From NCBI GenBank assembly GCA_018662325.1, contig JABJGM010000014.1:8237-72236 (forward strand): a DNA stretch of 64,000 bases, in the 5' to 3' direction. Positions 28,057-36,076 of this stretch are shown here, piece after piece (the first letter of the stretch is position 1; the number at the start of each line of letters is the position of its first letter). The notes below the pieces were generated by a model. It made no database searches. It was given only the letters and a program-made list of their open reading frames with translations, and was not told the DNA's origin. The DNA comes from a bacterium. GTDB taxonomy: Bacteria > Patescibacteriota > Gracilibacteria > UBA1369 > GCA-2718715. Made by a program: the position numbers and the translations under genes.

Positions 28057-29445
28057 ATGTTAACAGTAAAAAACTTAACAATTCATATAAACGAGCAAAC
28101 TCTTTTTAAAGATTTTAATTTATCCTTAGATTCCAAATCCAAAAAAAAGATAGCTCTACTTGGAAAAAACGGGTCTGGTAAATCATGCCTAGTAAAATCT
28201 ATTACTGGAGAATTTGAAAATTTCAGAGGACAAATCAATATTCAAAATGAAAACATTAGTTATTTCAAACAAGAATATAATTTCAACAACCATCAATTAG
28301 TAGGAGAATATTTGGAGGGTTTACTTGAATACGATTACGAATACTACAAAATAGAACAAATTTTAGAGACCTTAAAATTAAATGAAGAGATTACTTTAAA
28401 AACATTCTCAGAACTTTCCGAGGGGCAAAAAATCAAAATCAGACTCGGCGAAATTCTCCTCCAAGAACCAAGCATTCTAATTCTAGATGAACCAACCAAT
28501 CATTTAGACCAAAAATCAATCGATTTCTTTGAAACTTTCATTCAAGAATTTCAAGGTTCAATTTTATTGATTACACACAACACTCAATTATTAAGAAATT
28601 GTATCAATAAAATTTATGAGATCAATAATCAAACTAAAAGCATAGATTTCTACGATGGTAATTTTGACCATTGGTGGACTCAAAGAACCCATAGAATTCA
28701 AAGTCAAAAAAAAGATTTAAAACAACTTCAAAAACAAAAGAAGGAAATACAAAACTGGCTAAAAGCTAATGAGCTCATCCCTAAATATAGATTTTCAAGT
28801 TATGTTGGAGCACAAAAAAAACAATTAGAAAAACTAAATATAGAAATTTCAAATATTCAAATCATCAAAGACACAGATCTTAAAATATCTAGCAGGGATA
28901 ACTCAAAAGAAAAATCTAAACTTCTCTACCAAGAAATTTTCAAAGAGCAAAAAATTCAAATTCGTAAAAATCAAACCACTCAGATCAAAGGTCCAAACGG
29001 AATAGGAAAAACATATTTATTAAATCAAATATTTAAAGAATTTACTTCCAACAAAGATCTACTAAAAGAAGGCTACAAAATCGAAATCTTAGAGCAAATT
29101 TCAAGCTTTAAAAAAGATTGCAAGTTAGATAAATATTTAGAATCAAATCACTTACTTGAAAAACAAAAAACTTATCAATTAATAGATCAATTAGATTTAA
29201 AAAGATTATTAAAAAATAAACTAAGTGAATTAAGCGGAGGAGAAAAAAAGAGAATTAAACTCCTTGAATTAATTGCTTCCAATCCAAATATTATATTATT
29301 AGACGAACCCACAAACCATTTAGATATTTACAGCCAAATATCCTTAATAGAATGGATCAACAATAACAACAAAACAGTAATCTATGTAAGCCACGACAAA
29401 AACTTCTACAAATACATCCAAAACGACCATGAAATCGACTTATAA
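28057..29445 (+). CDS. ABC-F family ATPase (two ABC cassettes, no TM domain)
   Basis: 462 aa. Walker A GKNGSGKS and GPNGIGKT, signatures LSEGQKIKI and LSGGEKKRI, Walker B ILDEPTNHLD twice, and a basic K/Q-rich linker of about 80 aa. Confidence 0.85.
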   Translation: MLTVKNLTIHINEQTLFKDFNLSLDSKSKKKIALLGKNGSGKSCLVKSITGEFENFRGQINIQNENISYFKQEYNFNNHQLVGEYLEGLLEYDYEYYKIEQILETLKLNEEITLKTFSELSEGQKIKIRLGEILLQEPSILILDEPTNHLDQKSIDFFETFIQEFQGSILLITHNTQLLRNCINKIYEINNQTKSIDFYDGNFDHWWTQRTHRIQSQKKDLKQLQKQKKEIQNWLKANELIPKYRFSSYVGAQKKQLEKLNIEISNIQIIKDTDLKISSRDNSKEKSKLLYQEIFKEQKIQIRKNQTTQIKGPNGIGKTYLLNQIFKEFTSNKDLLKEGYKIEILEQISSFKKDCKLDKYLESNHLLEKQKTYQLIDQLDLKRLLKNKLSELSGGEKKRIKLLELIASNPNIILLDEPTNHLDIYSQISLIEWINNNNKTVIYVSHDKNFYKYIQNDHEIDL

Positions 29446-29470
29446 AAAAGGGAGCAATTAAGCTCCTTTT
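29446..29470. terminator. bidirectional terminator between the ABC-F gene and the pentapeptide gene
   Basis: AAAAGGGAGC-aattaa-GCTCCTTTT. Confidence 0.7.
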
Positions 29471-29483
29471 CTATAATTAAAAT

Positions 29484-31253
29484 CTACTTCCATATAAAGT
29501 CCCAGTCGGGCAAAAATTTCCAAGCCCAACTCAAAATAGTGTATCTTAATTCCGCTCCTCTAAAATTAGCTCCTCTTAAAACGGCCCCTTCTAAATTAGC
29601 GCCTTCTAAATTTACTCCAGTCAAATCAGCTCCTCTTAAAACGACGTCTTCTAAATTAGCGCCTTCTAAATTTGCTCCAGTCAAATCAGCATAACTTAAA
29701 TCAGAATAACTTAAATCTGCAAAACTTAGATCTAATCCACTTAAATCTGCTCTTTTTAAATATAGACCTTTTAAATCAGCTTTTATTAAATTTAGCATAC
29801 TAAAGCTTGCATCGTATTTATCATTAATGTTTTTCACAAAAGAAACATTCATCCTCAGAAATGGATTTATTTGTATTTCAGAATCAGAAAAATAAGGAGT
29901 AATATTTTCAAATCTCACATCCAAAATACAAAATTCAACATCACTCGTACACAATCCTAAAGTGGAATCAGTAAAATCACACTTTATTAAGACAGTTGAT
30001 TCGGTTAAAAAAAACTGATAGGCTGAAATACCTCTTAAATCACAAGATATAAATTTACCAAAAATTACATCATCGAAACACGCAAGTTCAAATTTGCAAT
30101 TCTTGAAAGTAACATTAGATAAATCAAGTCCAGCTAAATTACATTTAGAAAAATTACAATTAACCAAAGATGTTTTTTCTTTAAAATTTAAATTACGTAA
30201 ATCTACTCCTTCTAAATTAGCCTCATTTAAACAAATTCCTTCTAAATCAGCTCCTTCTAAATTTGCTCCACTTAAATCAGTCCCATGTAAATTAGCTTCA
30301 TTTAAATTAGCTCCTTCTAAATTTGCTCCTCTTAAATCTATTCCACAGATGTCTCCTTCGCAATTATACCAACATAAATCAGCCCCTTCTAAATTTGCTC
30401 CTTTTAAATTTGCTGTTTTTAAATTAATTCTTTCTAAACTTGCTCCCCTTAAATCAGCTCCTTCTAAATTTGCTCCTCTTAAATTTGCTGTTTTTAAATT
30501 AATTCTTTCTAAACTTGCTCCCCTTAAATCAGCTCCTTCTAAATTGGCATTAATTAAATTAGCACCACTTAAATTTGCTCCCATTAAATTAACACCTTCT
30601 AAATTTGCTCCCATTAAATTAACACCTTCTAAATTAGCTCCTTGTAAATTAGCTCGCATTAAACTAGAATTACTAAAATCTGCATCAAATTTATCATTAA
30701 CGTTTTTCACAAAAGAAACATTCATCCTCAGAAATGGAATTATTTGTATTTCAGAATCAGAAAAATAAGGAGTAATATTTTCAAATTTAACATCCAAGAT
30801 ACAAAATTCATAATCACTCGTACACAATCCTAAAGTAGAATCAGTGAAATCACACTTTATTAATACAGTTGATTCAGTAACGAAAAATTGATAAGCAGAA
30901 ATACCTCTTAAATCACAAGAAATAAATTTACCAAAAGTTACATCATTGAAACATGCAAATTCAAAATTACAATTCTTAAAAGTAACAGAAGAAAAATCAA
31001 GTTCAGCTAAATTACAATTCGAAAAATTACAATTAATGAAAGTTATTTCTTGTGCAAAATTTAAATGACTTAAATTTTTACCCGAAAAATCTCTATCAGC
31101 TATTTCACCACATTGATTCAATAACAATTCAGTTTCAACCGAAATGTCACATTGAATTTCATCTTGGATTTCACTTTGATTAAAATCTAAATTAGATCCA
31201 ATTAATTTTTCTTTTCCATCATCTATTTCTGGAGTCTTATATTTATTATCCAT
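29484..31253 (-). CDS. pentapeptide-repeat protein with internal 291-codon tandem duplication
   Basis: 589 aa. Two modules, each with a Cys/Phe/Asn-rich segment (NCNFSNCNL...FKNCNFEFACF) followed by a GANLEGxxL pentad tract. No signal peptide. Confidence 0.85.
   Translation of the reverse strand: MDNKYKTPEIDDGKEKLIGSNLDFNQSEIQDEIQCDISVETELLLNQCGEIADRDFSGKNLSHLNFAQEITFINCNFSNCNLAELDFSSVTFKNCNFEFACFNDVTFGKFISCDLRGISAYQFFVTESTVLIKCDFTDSTLGLCTSDYEFCILDVKFENITPYFSDSEIQIIPFLRMNVSFVKNVNDKFDADFSNSSLMRANLQGANLEGVNLMGANLEGVNLMGANLSGANLINANLEGADLRGASLERINLKTANLRGANLEGADLRGASLERINLKTANLKGANLEGADLCWYNCEGDICGIDLRGANLEGANLNEANLHGTDLSGANLEGADLEGICLNEANLEGVDLRNLNFKEKTSLVNCNFSKCNLAGLDLSNVTFKNCKFELACFDDVIFGKFISCDLRGISAYQFFLTESTVLIKCDFTDSTLGLCTSDVEFCILDVRFENITPYFSDSEIQINPFLRMNVSFVKNINDKYDASFSMLNLIKADLKGLYLKRADLSGLDLSFADLSYSDLSYADLTGANLEGANLEDVVLRGADLTGVNLEGANLEGAVLRGANFRGAELRYTILSWAWKFLPDWDFIWK
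29821..31053 (-). repeat. in-frame internal tandem duplication, 873-nt offset
   Basis: 29821-30180 aligns with 30694-31053 at roughly 90% identity by eye (e.g. TCATTAA(T/C)GTTTTTCACAAAAGAAACATTCATCCTCAGAAATGGA). Confidence 0.85.
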
Positions 31254-31276
31254 TTTTTATAATTAAGTTTTTCCAT

Positions 31277-31304
31277 ATTTTACCACTTGATAGTAAAATG
31301 TCAA
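31277..31304 (-). promoter_or_regulatory. promoter of the 589-aa pentapeptide protein
   Basis: TTGACA-N16-TAAAAT on the minus strand. ATG at 31253. Confidence 0.65.
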
Positions 31305-31332
31305 CCTGATTACAAAATTAAAAAATATAAAA

Positions 31333-32310
31333 CTAGATTTTTAAATATAATTGACCATCATCAGCGTCAATCATACACCTCCCCCCAATTGGAAAAGTAA
31401 ACATAGGATTTGTGTGACCAAAATCAAGATTATAAATAATTGGAATATTAAAATCCTTAAATTTTTTAGCAAAAATATATTCAAGCTCTTCAAAAGTAGT
31501 TTTAGATTGAGTTCGCATTCTACCAAAAACAATAGCTTTAATAGACTTAGCATTAGGCTGCTGCAACAAAGAGGTGAAATTTCTATCTAAAACCCACTTA
31601 AAAACATCTTCAAAGCATCCATCCTCCTCTAAAAACAAAATCTTATCCTTTAAATCCGGATAATACTTAGTCCCCTGCAATAATTGTAAAGTACACATAT
31701 TACCTCCAACAATTTTGCCCTCAGCCTTCCCCTCTCTAAAAATCTTAGGACCACTATTTTTTATAAAATTACGATTGGCTTGATCTTTCTTCCATCTATC
31801 CTCCGACCAAAATTCTGAAGGTAAAACATCAAAACTTCCATCATCAATAAGCATCTTTATAAAATAATCCAATGTATATTCAAATCCATACTTCATAGCA
31901 AAAGAACCAAAATTTGGTCCAGAATAAGTAACAAGACCAGTTTTAGCATAAATTGCATTACTTAATGCAGTTATATCAGAGTAACCACAAAATATCTTTG
32001 GATTCTTTTTAATTAAATCGTAATTCAAAATTTCAAGTAACTCATTAGCAGGAAATCCACCTCTAACGGCAATTATAGCCTTTACATTCTCATCAGCAAA
32101 AGCTTCATTCAAATCCTCTGCTCTTTTAATTGGATCAGAAGTATTTAATAGATCATGTTCATAGAAATTTTTAGAAAAAGAAATCTTAAAACCCAAACTT
32201 TCCAATTTTTCTTTAGCCAATGTTATAATTTTTTGATCAACAGTTTTTGCACTACAACTAGGAGCAATAATTCTTATCTCATCTCCTTTTTTTAATTTTT
32301 CAGGAATCAT
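31333..32310 (-). CDS. S66 serine peptidase (LD-carboxypeptidase LdcA / MccF family)
   Basis: 325 aa. Nucleophile motif CGYSDITAL and a C-terminal LDFGHTNP His motif. Confidence 0.85.
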   Translation of the reverse strand: MIPEKLKKGDEIRIIAPSCSAKTVDQKIITLAKEKLESLGFKISFSKNFYEHDLLNTSDPIKRAEDLNEAFADENVKAIIAVRGGFPANELLEILNYDLIKKNPKIFCGYSDITALSNAIYAKTGLVTYSGPNFGSFAMKYGFEYTLDYFIKMLIDDGSFDVLPSEFWSEDRWKKDQANRNFIKNSGPKIFREGKAEGKIVGGNMCTLQLLQGTKYYPDLKDKILFLEEDGCFEDVFKWVLDRNFTSLLQQPNAKSIKAIVFGRMRTQSKTTFEELEYIFAKKFKDFNIPIIYNLDFGHTNPMFTFPIGGRCMIDADDGQLYLKI

Positions 32311-32436
32311 AATTAAGACAAATTAATAACATTTACAAGTATAATAAAAGAATTAAAAAATAAAAACATCTTTAAAAGATTCCAGCAATGAAAAAACAAT
32401 CCTAAAACACAAATAAAAATGTTAATATATTAAAAA

Positions 32437-33483
32437 ATGCAAAATTTTGATTACAAAATCCTCAATAGCAAAAAAATAGAATTACACGGAAGCATTCAAG
32501 CAAAAAACGAGCAAGAAGCTAAAGATAAACTATTGAATTTAGGTTATGAGATTTTAGAATTAAGAGCAAAAGATCAAAAAAAGCATAAAGAAAATAAAAA
32601 TTTAGTAAATTATAAATTTGAAGGTTATCAAAACTCTAAATTTATAGACGGAAATATACAGGCTAAGAGTTTTAATCAAGCACTTACAGAATTAACACAA
32701 CAGTATCAAATCCAAGTCGAAAAGTTAGCACAAACAAATGCAAGCCAAAACGATTTTAATGAAAGTAAACTTAAAATTAATAACTTTTTAAAAAGAGTAG
32801 ATTTTTATTCAAAAAAAGATAATAGCGAAAAAAATAATAATCTTGAAGAAATATATATATTTATAGAATCATTAAGTGAAGACTTTAATCATTACTTTAA
32901 AGAATCTGGAATTCAGGATATTAAAAATTTACAAAAACAATACACACAAATAAAAAACTCAAATAACAAAGCTCAAAAAGTAAGAATCCTAAAATCAATT
33001 TTCAAGTGTTTATTAAATGATAAAATATATAAAAAATCAGCATCAATATCAGGATTAAAATATATATTTAAAGAGACAATTAATATTTTTCATAAAATTA
33101 GCCATAAAAACTCAATAAATTTAAATATTGATAAACTACAAATTTTGTTAACAACAGGATCAAAAACAGTTAGAGAAACTATTTTCAACGAATTTGTAAA
33201 CTTAGATAACCGTTTTATTCAAAAAATAAATTTGAATGAAATTATACAAGATATTAAAAGCATAGGATTGATTGGAACGTTAATTTTCTTCTCAGCTATA
33301 TTTTTAGTAAATCTGAAAATTATAAAAATTGAGATTCCAACAGCTTGGTATAAAGTTGGAATTTTATTCTTTTCAGTGTATTCTAGCTATAACTTAAATA
33401 ATCTATTATCCAAATTCAATAATAAAATTTATCTTATAATGAGTTTGAATATCATTAATCTATTTCTACTAATAAAAATTTAA
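32437..33483 (+). CDS. hypothetical membrane protein
   Basis: 348 aa. Two short N-terminal modules (FDYKILNSKKIELHGSIQAKNEQEAKDKLLNLGYEI; YKFEGYQNSKFIDGNIQAKSFNQALTEL), a helical middle, and two C-terminal TM helices. Confidence 0.55.
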   Translation: MQNFDYKILNSKKIELHGSIQAKNEQEAKDKLLNLGYEILELRAKDQKKHKENKNLVNYKFEGYQNSKFIDGNIQAKSFNQALTELTQQYQIQVEKLAQTNASQNDFNESKLKINNFLKRVDFYSKKDNSEKNNNLEEIYIFIESLSEDFNHYFKESGIQDIKNLQKQYTQIKNSNNKAQKVRILKSIFKCLLNDKIYKKSASISGLKYIFKETINIFHKISHKNSINLNIDKLQILLTTGSKTVRETIFNEFVNLDNRFIQKINLNEIIQDIKSIGLIGTLIFFSAIFLVNLKIIKIEIPTAWYKVGILFFSVYSSYNLNNLLSKFNNKIYLIMSLNIINLFLLIKI

Positions 33484-34260
33484 ATGTTTCCAACCATATT
33501 CCATATTGGATTTCTAAAAATTAGTACACTATCAGTCTTTTCACTAGGAGCTTTAATAACTTTTTTTGTCTCATTAATCTACTTAACTAAAAAAAGTCGA
33601 TTAAGAATACAATTTCTTGCAAGCTCTTACAAAGGTATGATTCTTTCGGGTATAATCATAGGAAGATTATTTGAAGTAATAGCAAATCTAAACTTTTACT
33701 GGTATGAAATATCTCTATCATCACTTTATAAAAGTATAGCAATTTGGCAAAATGCAGAAATATCACTTTTCGGATTTTGTATTGGATTTACACTGTATTT
33801 TTTAAGGCAAATATACTATAAACAAGAGAACCTCAGGAAATGGGCAGATATTTTTATAATATCAACCTTTATAAGTTTAAGTATTTACTGCATTGGTACT
33901 CTATTTGCAGGACTTAACTACGGAAGAGTAACAGAATCATTCATTGGAATAACATTCAACAATCCTTTAGTAAAATACACACTTCCAATTTACCCTACAC
34001 AAATATTCGCAAGCCTTTATAACATTTTTTTAGCTGGATATTGCTACAATCAGTACACTAAAACAAAACATAAACTAGATGGATATTTATTTCTTCAAGG
34101 GGTATTTCTATTCTCAATATTTAGATTTACAGAAAGCTTATTCAGAGGGGATGATACTTTTACAATCTGGATTCTAAGATACCCAACAATTCTAAGTTTC
34201 ATAGGCCTTTACTTAGGATTTAAGGCTTTAACAAGATATGAGAAAAAATTCATAAAATAA
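33484..34260 (+). CDS. lgt: prolipoprotein diacylglyceryl transferase-like protein
   Basis: 258 aa, polytopic. Lgt-like landmarks IYPTQIF (HPTQLYE) and FRFTESLFRGDD (R..EFFR.D). It is divergent around the GR.GNF motif. Confidence 0.6.
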   Translation: MFPTIFHIGFLKISTLSVFSLGALITFFVSLIYLTKKSRLRIQFLASSYKGMILSGIIIGRLFEVIANLNFYWYEISLSSLYKSIAIWQNAEISLFGFCIGFTLYFLRQIYYKQENLRKWADIFIISTFISLSIYCIGTLFAGLNYGRVTESFIGITFNNPLVKYTLPIYPTQIFASLYNIFLAGYCYNQYTKTKHKLDGYLFLQGVFLFSIFRFTESLFRGDDTFTIWILRYPTILSFIGLYLGFKALTRYEKKFIK

Positions 34261-34285
34261 AAAAAGAGCATTAATTGCTCTTTTA
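34261..34285. terminator. bidirectional terminator between lgt-like and greA
   Basis: AAAAGAGCA-ttaat-TGCTCTTTT. Confidence 0.65.
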
Positions 34286-34293
34286 AAATTAAT

Positions 34294-34761
34294 TTAAGAT
34301 ACTTTCAATATCTTATAAGACATTTCACCACCAGGAGCTTTAAATCCAACAGTATCACCTTTTGTCTTACCTATCATTGAAGCTCCTAAAGGAGATTCAT
34401 TAGAAATCTTACTTTCGAAAACATTAGCTTCCATAGAACCTACTATTTCATACTCAACTTTAACTTTTTCAGTTAAGTCCTCAAGAGAAACTTTACATCC
34501 AACTTGTACAGTATTATCTCCAGCTACTTTTTCTACAACTTGAGCATTTTTAACTTGTGATTCTAGTTGTAATATTTTACCTTCCAGCGCGGCTTGCTCA
34601 TCTTTAGCATCATGATATTCAGCATTCTCACTTAAATCACCAAATTTTAAAGCCTCTGCGATTTTATCTGCAACTTCTCTTCTTCGAGTAGTTTTTAAAA
34701 CTTCTAAATCTTGTTTTAATTTTTCTAACCCTTCAAGAGTTACAACGAATTTTTTTGACAT
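34294..34761 (-). CDS. greA: transcription elongation factor GreA
   Basis: 155 aa. GDLSENAEYHDAK acidic-tip motif and a C-terminal FKBP-like domain. Confidence 0.9.
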   Translation of the reverse strand: MSKKFVVTLEGLEKLKQDLEVLKTTRRREVADKIAEALKFGDLSENAEYHDAKDEQAALEGKILQLESQVKNAQVVEKVAGDNTVQVGCKVSLEDLTEKVKVEYEIVGSMEANVFESKISNESPLGASMIGKTKGDTVGFKAPGGEMSYKILKVS

Positions 34762-34770
34762 TTATAAAAA

Positions 34771-36012
34771 TTAAATATTACGTATTTTTGAGCTTTTTGG
34801 GTGCTCTCTTAATTTTTGAAGAACTTTAGCTTCAATTTGACGAATTCTTTCTCGAGTTACATTAAACTTTTTACCAACTTCTTCAAGGGTTAAAGCTATT
34901 CCATCTTTAAGACCAAATCTTAATTCAATAATCATTCTTTCCCTATCAGTAAGATACTGTAAAATCTCATGAATCTTTTCTTTTATTAAATTTCTGTTAG
35001 TTACCTCTGAAGGAGATAAACTTTCATCATCTGGTATAAAATCAGCAAGCTTTGAATCCTCTTCAGAACCAACCGGTGACTCTAGAGATACAATTTCTTG
35101 TGAAATTTTCATTATATGCCGTACTTTCTTAACTTCCAAATCCATTTCAGCAGCTAATTCCTCTACAAGTGGTTCACGACCTAACTCCTGAACTAATCTT
35201 CTTTGAGTATGAGTTAACTTATTAATAGTTTCAACCATATGAACTGGTATTCTAATAGTTCTAGCCTGATCAGCAATAGCTCTAGTTATAGCTTGTCTAA
35301 TCCACCATGTAGCATACGTCGAAAACTTAAATCCTCTGTCAGGATCAAACTTTTCAACAGCACGAAACAGACCTAAATTTCCCTCTTGAATTAAATCTGA
35401 AAAACTTAATCCTCTACCAATATATTTTTTTGCAATAGAAACAACTAAACGCAAGTTTGCAGTTGCAAGCTTACCTTTAGCCTCTTGATCTCCTTGTCGT
35501 ATTTTTTGAGCAAGATCAATTTCATCCTTACCTGAAAGTAAATCAACTTGTCCAATCTCACATAAATACATTCTAATTGAATCGTTAGAAATATCAGAAA
35601 GATTAACTTTCATAACTTCCTTTTCTTTAGTTTCAGTTTCTTTCAGGTCATCATCTGATGGTTCAGAAGGCGTACCTAATTTAGCTTCAACTGACTTAAT
35701 TAAAGCTTCATCTTTTTTTGCAGTTTTAGCTTTCTTCTTATCTGTATCCTGTGTATCACAAGAAAGATTTTTCAATTGCATTTTTTGAAGTTTTTTTCTA
35801 GAAACTACATCTACACCTAAATCAAAAAACATCTCATAAACTTGATCCATAAGTTCCAAATTATCGAGATTATCCACAAAAGCAAATTGTACTTCTTGCT
35901 CTGTAACAAAGTTTTGTTGTTTACCTTTTTTAATCAATGCTTGTATTTCTTTTGGCAAATCTTTTATTTTCCCATCTAAATCATGAGTTATAAATTTGCG
36001 TAATTTAGCCAT
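34771..36012 (-). CDS. rpoD: RNA polymerase sigma factor RpoD
   Basis: 413 aa. [22 protein letters not shown] (region 2) and [20 protein letters not shown] (region 4.2). Confidence 0.95.
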   Translation of the reverse strand: MAKLRKFITHDLDGKIKDLPKEIQALIKKGKQQNFVTEQEVQFAFVDNLDNLELMDQVYEMFFDLGVDVVSRKKLQKMQLKNLSCDTQDTDKKKAKTAKKDEALIKSVEAKLGTPSEPSDDDLKETETKEKEVMKVNLSDISNDSIRMYLCEIGQVDLLSGKDEIDLAQKIRQGDQEAKGKLATANLRLVVSIAKKYIGRGLSFSDLIQEGNLGLFRAVEKFDPDRGFKFSTYATWWIRQAITRAIADQARTIRIPVHMVETINKLTHTQRRLVQELGREPLVEELAAEMDLEVKKVRHIMKISQEIVSLESPVGSEEDSKLADFIPDDESLSPSEVTNRNLIKEKIHEILQYLTDRERMIIELRFGLKDGIALTLEEVGKKFNVTRERIRQIEAKVLQKLREHPKSSKIRNI

Positions 36013-36037
36013 CTTTAAATTGTTTTAAAACATGCCT

Positions 36038-36067
36038 ATTATATGCAAAATTATATCAATTTGGCAA
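36038..36067 (-). promoter_or_regulatory. rpoD promoter
   Basis: TTGCCA-N18-TATAAT on the minus strand. ATG at 36012. Confidence 0.6.
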
Positions 36068-36076
36068 CTAAAAAAT

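Noticed and set aside
30094-30768. A 224-aa antisense ORF (KLAPSKFAPLK-type repeats) inside the 589-aa pentapeptide gene, plus the similar 87-aa ORF at 18162-18425.
   Set aside because: It is a mirror image of the 15-nt periodic pentapeptide codons. One antisense frame of GCTAATTTAGAAGGA-type units simply lacks stop codons. It has low-complexity composition, no promoter or independent start context, and is fully nested in a well-supported gene.
35870-35878. An exact DnaA box TTATCCACA.
   Set aside because: It is a single isolated occurrence inside the rpoD coding sequence, with no neighbouring boxes or AT-rich unwinding element. This is compatible with chance in 64 kb.
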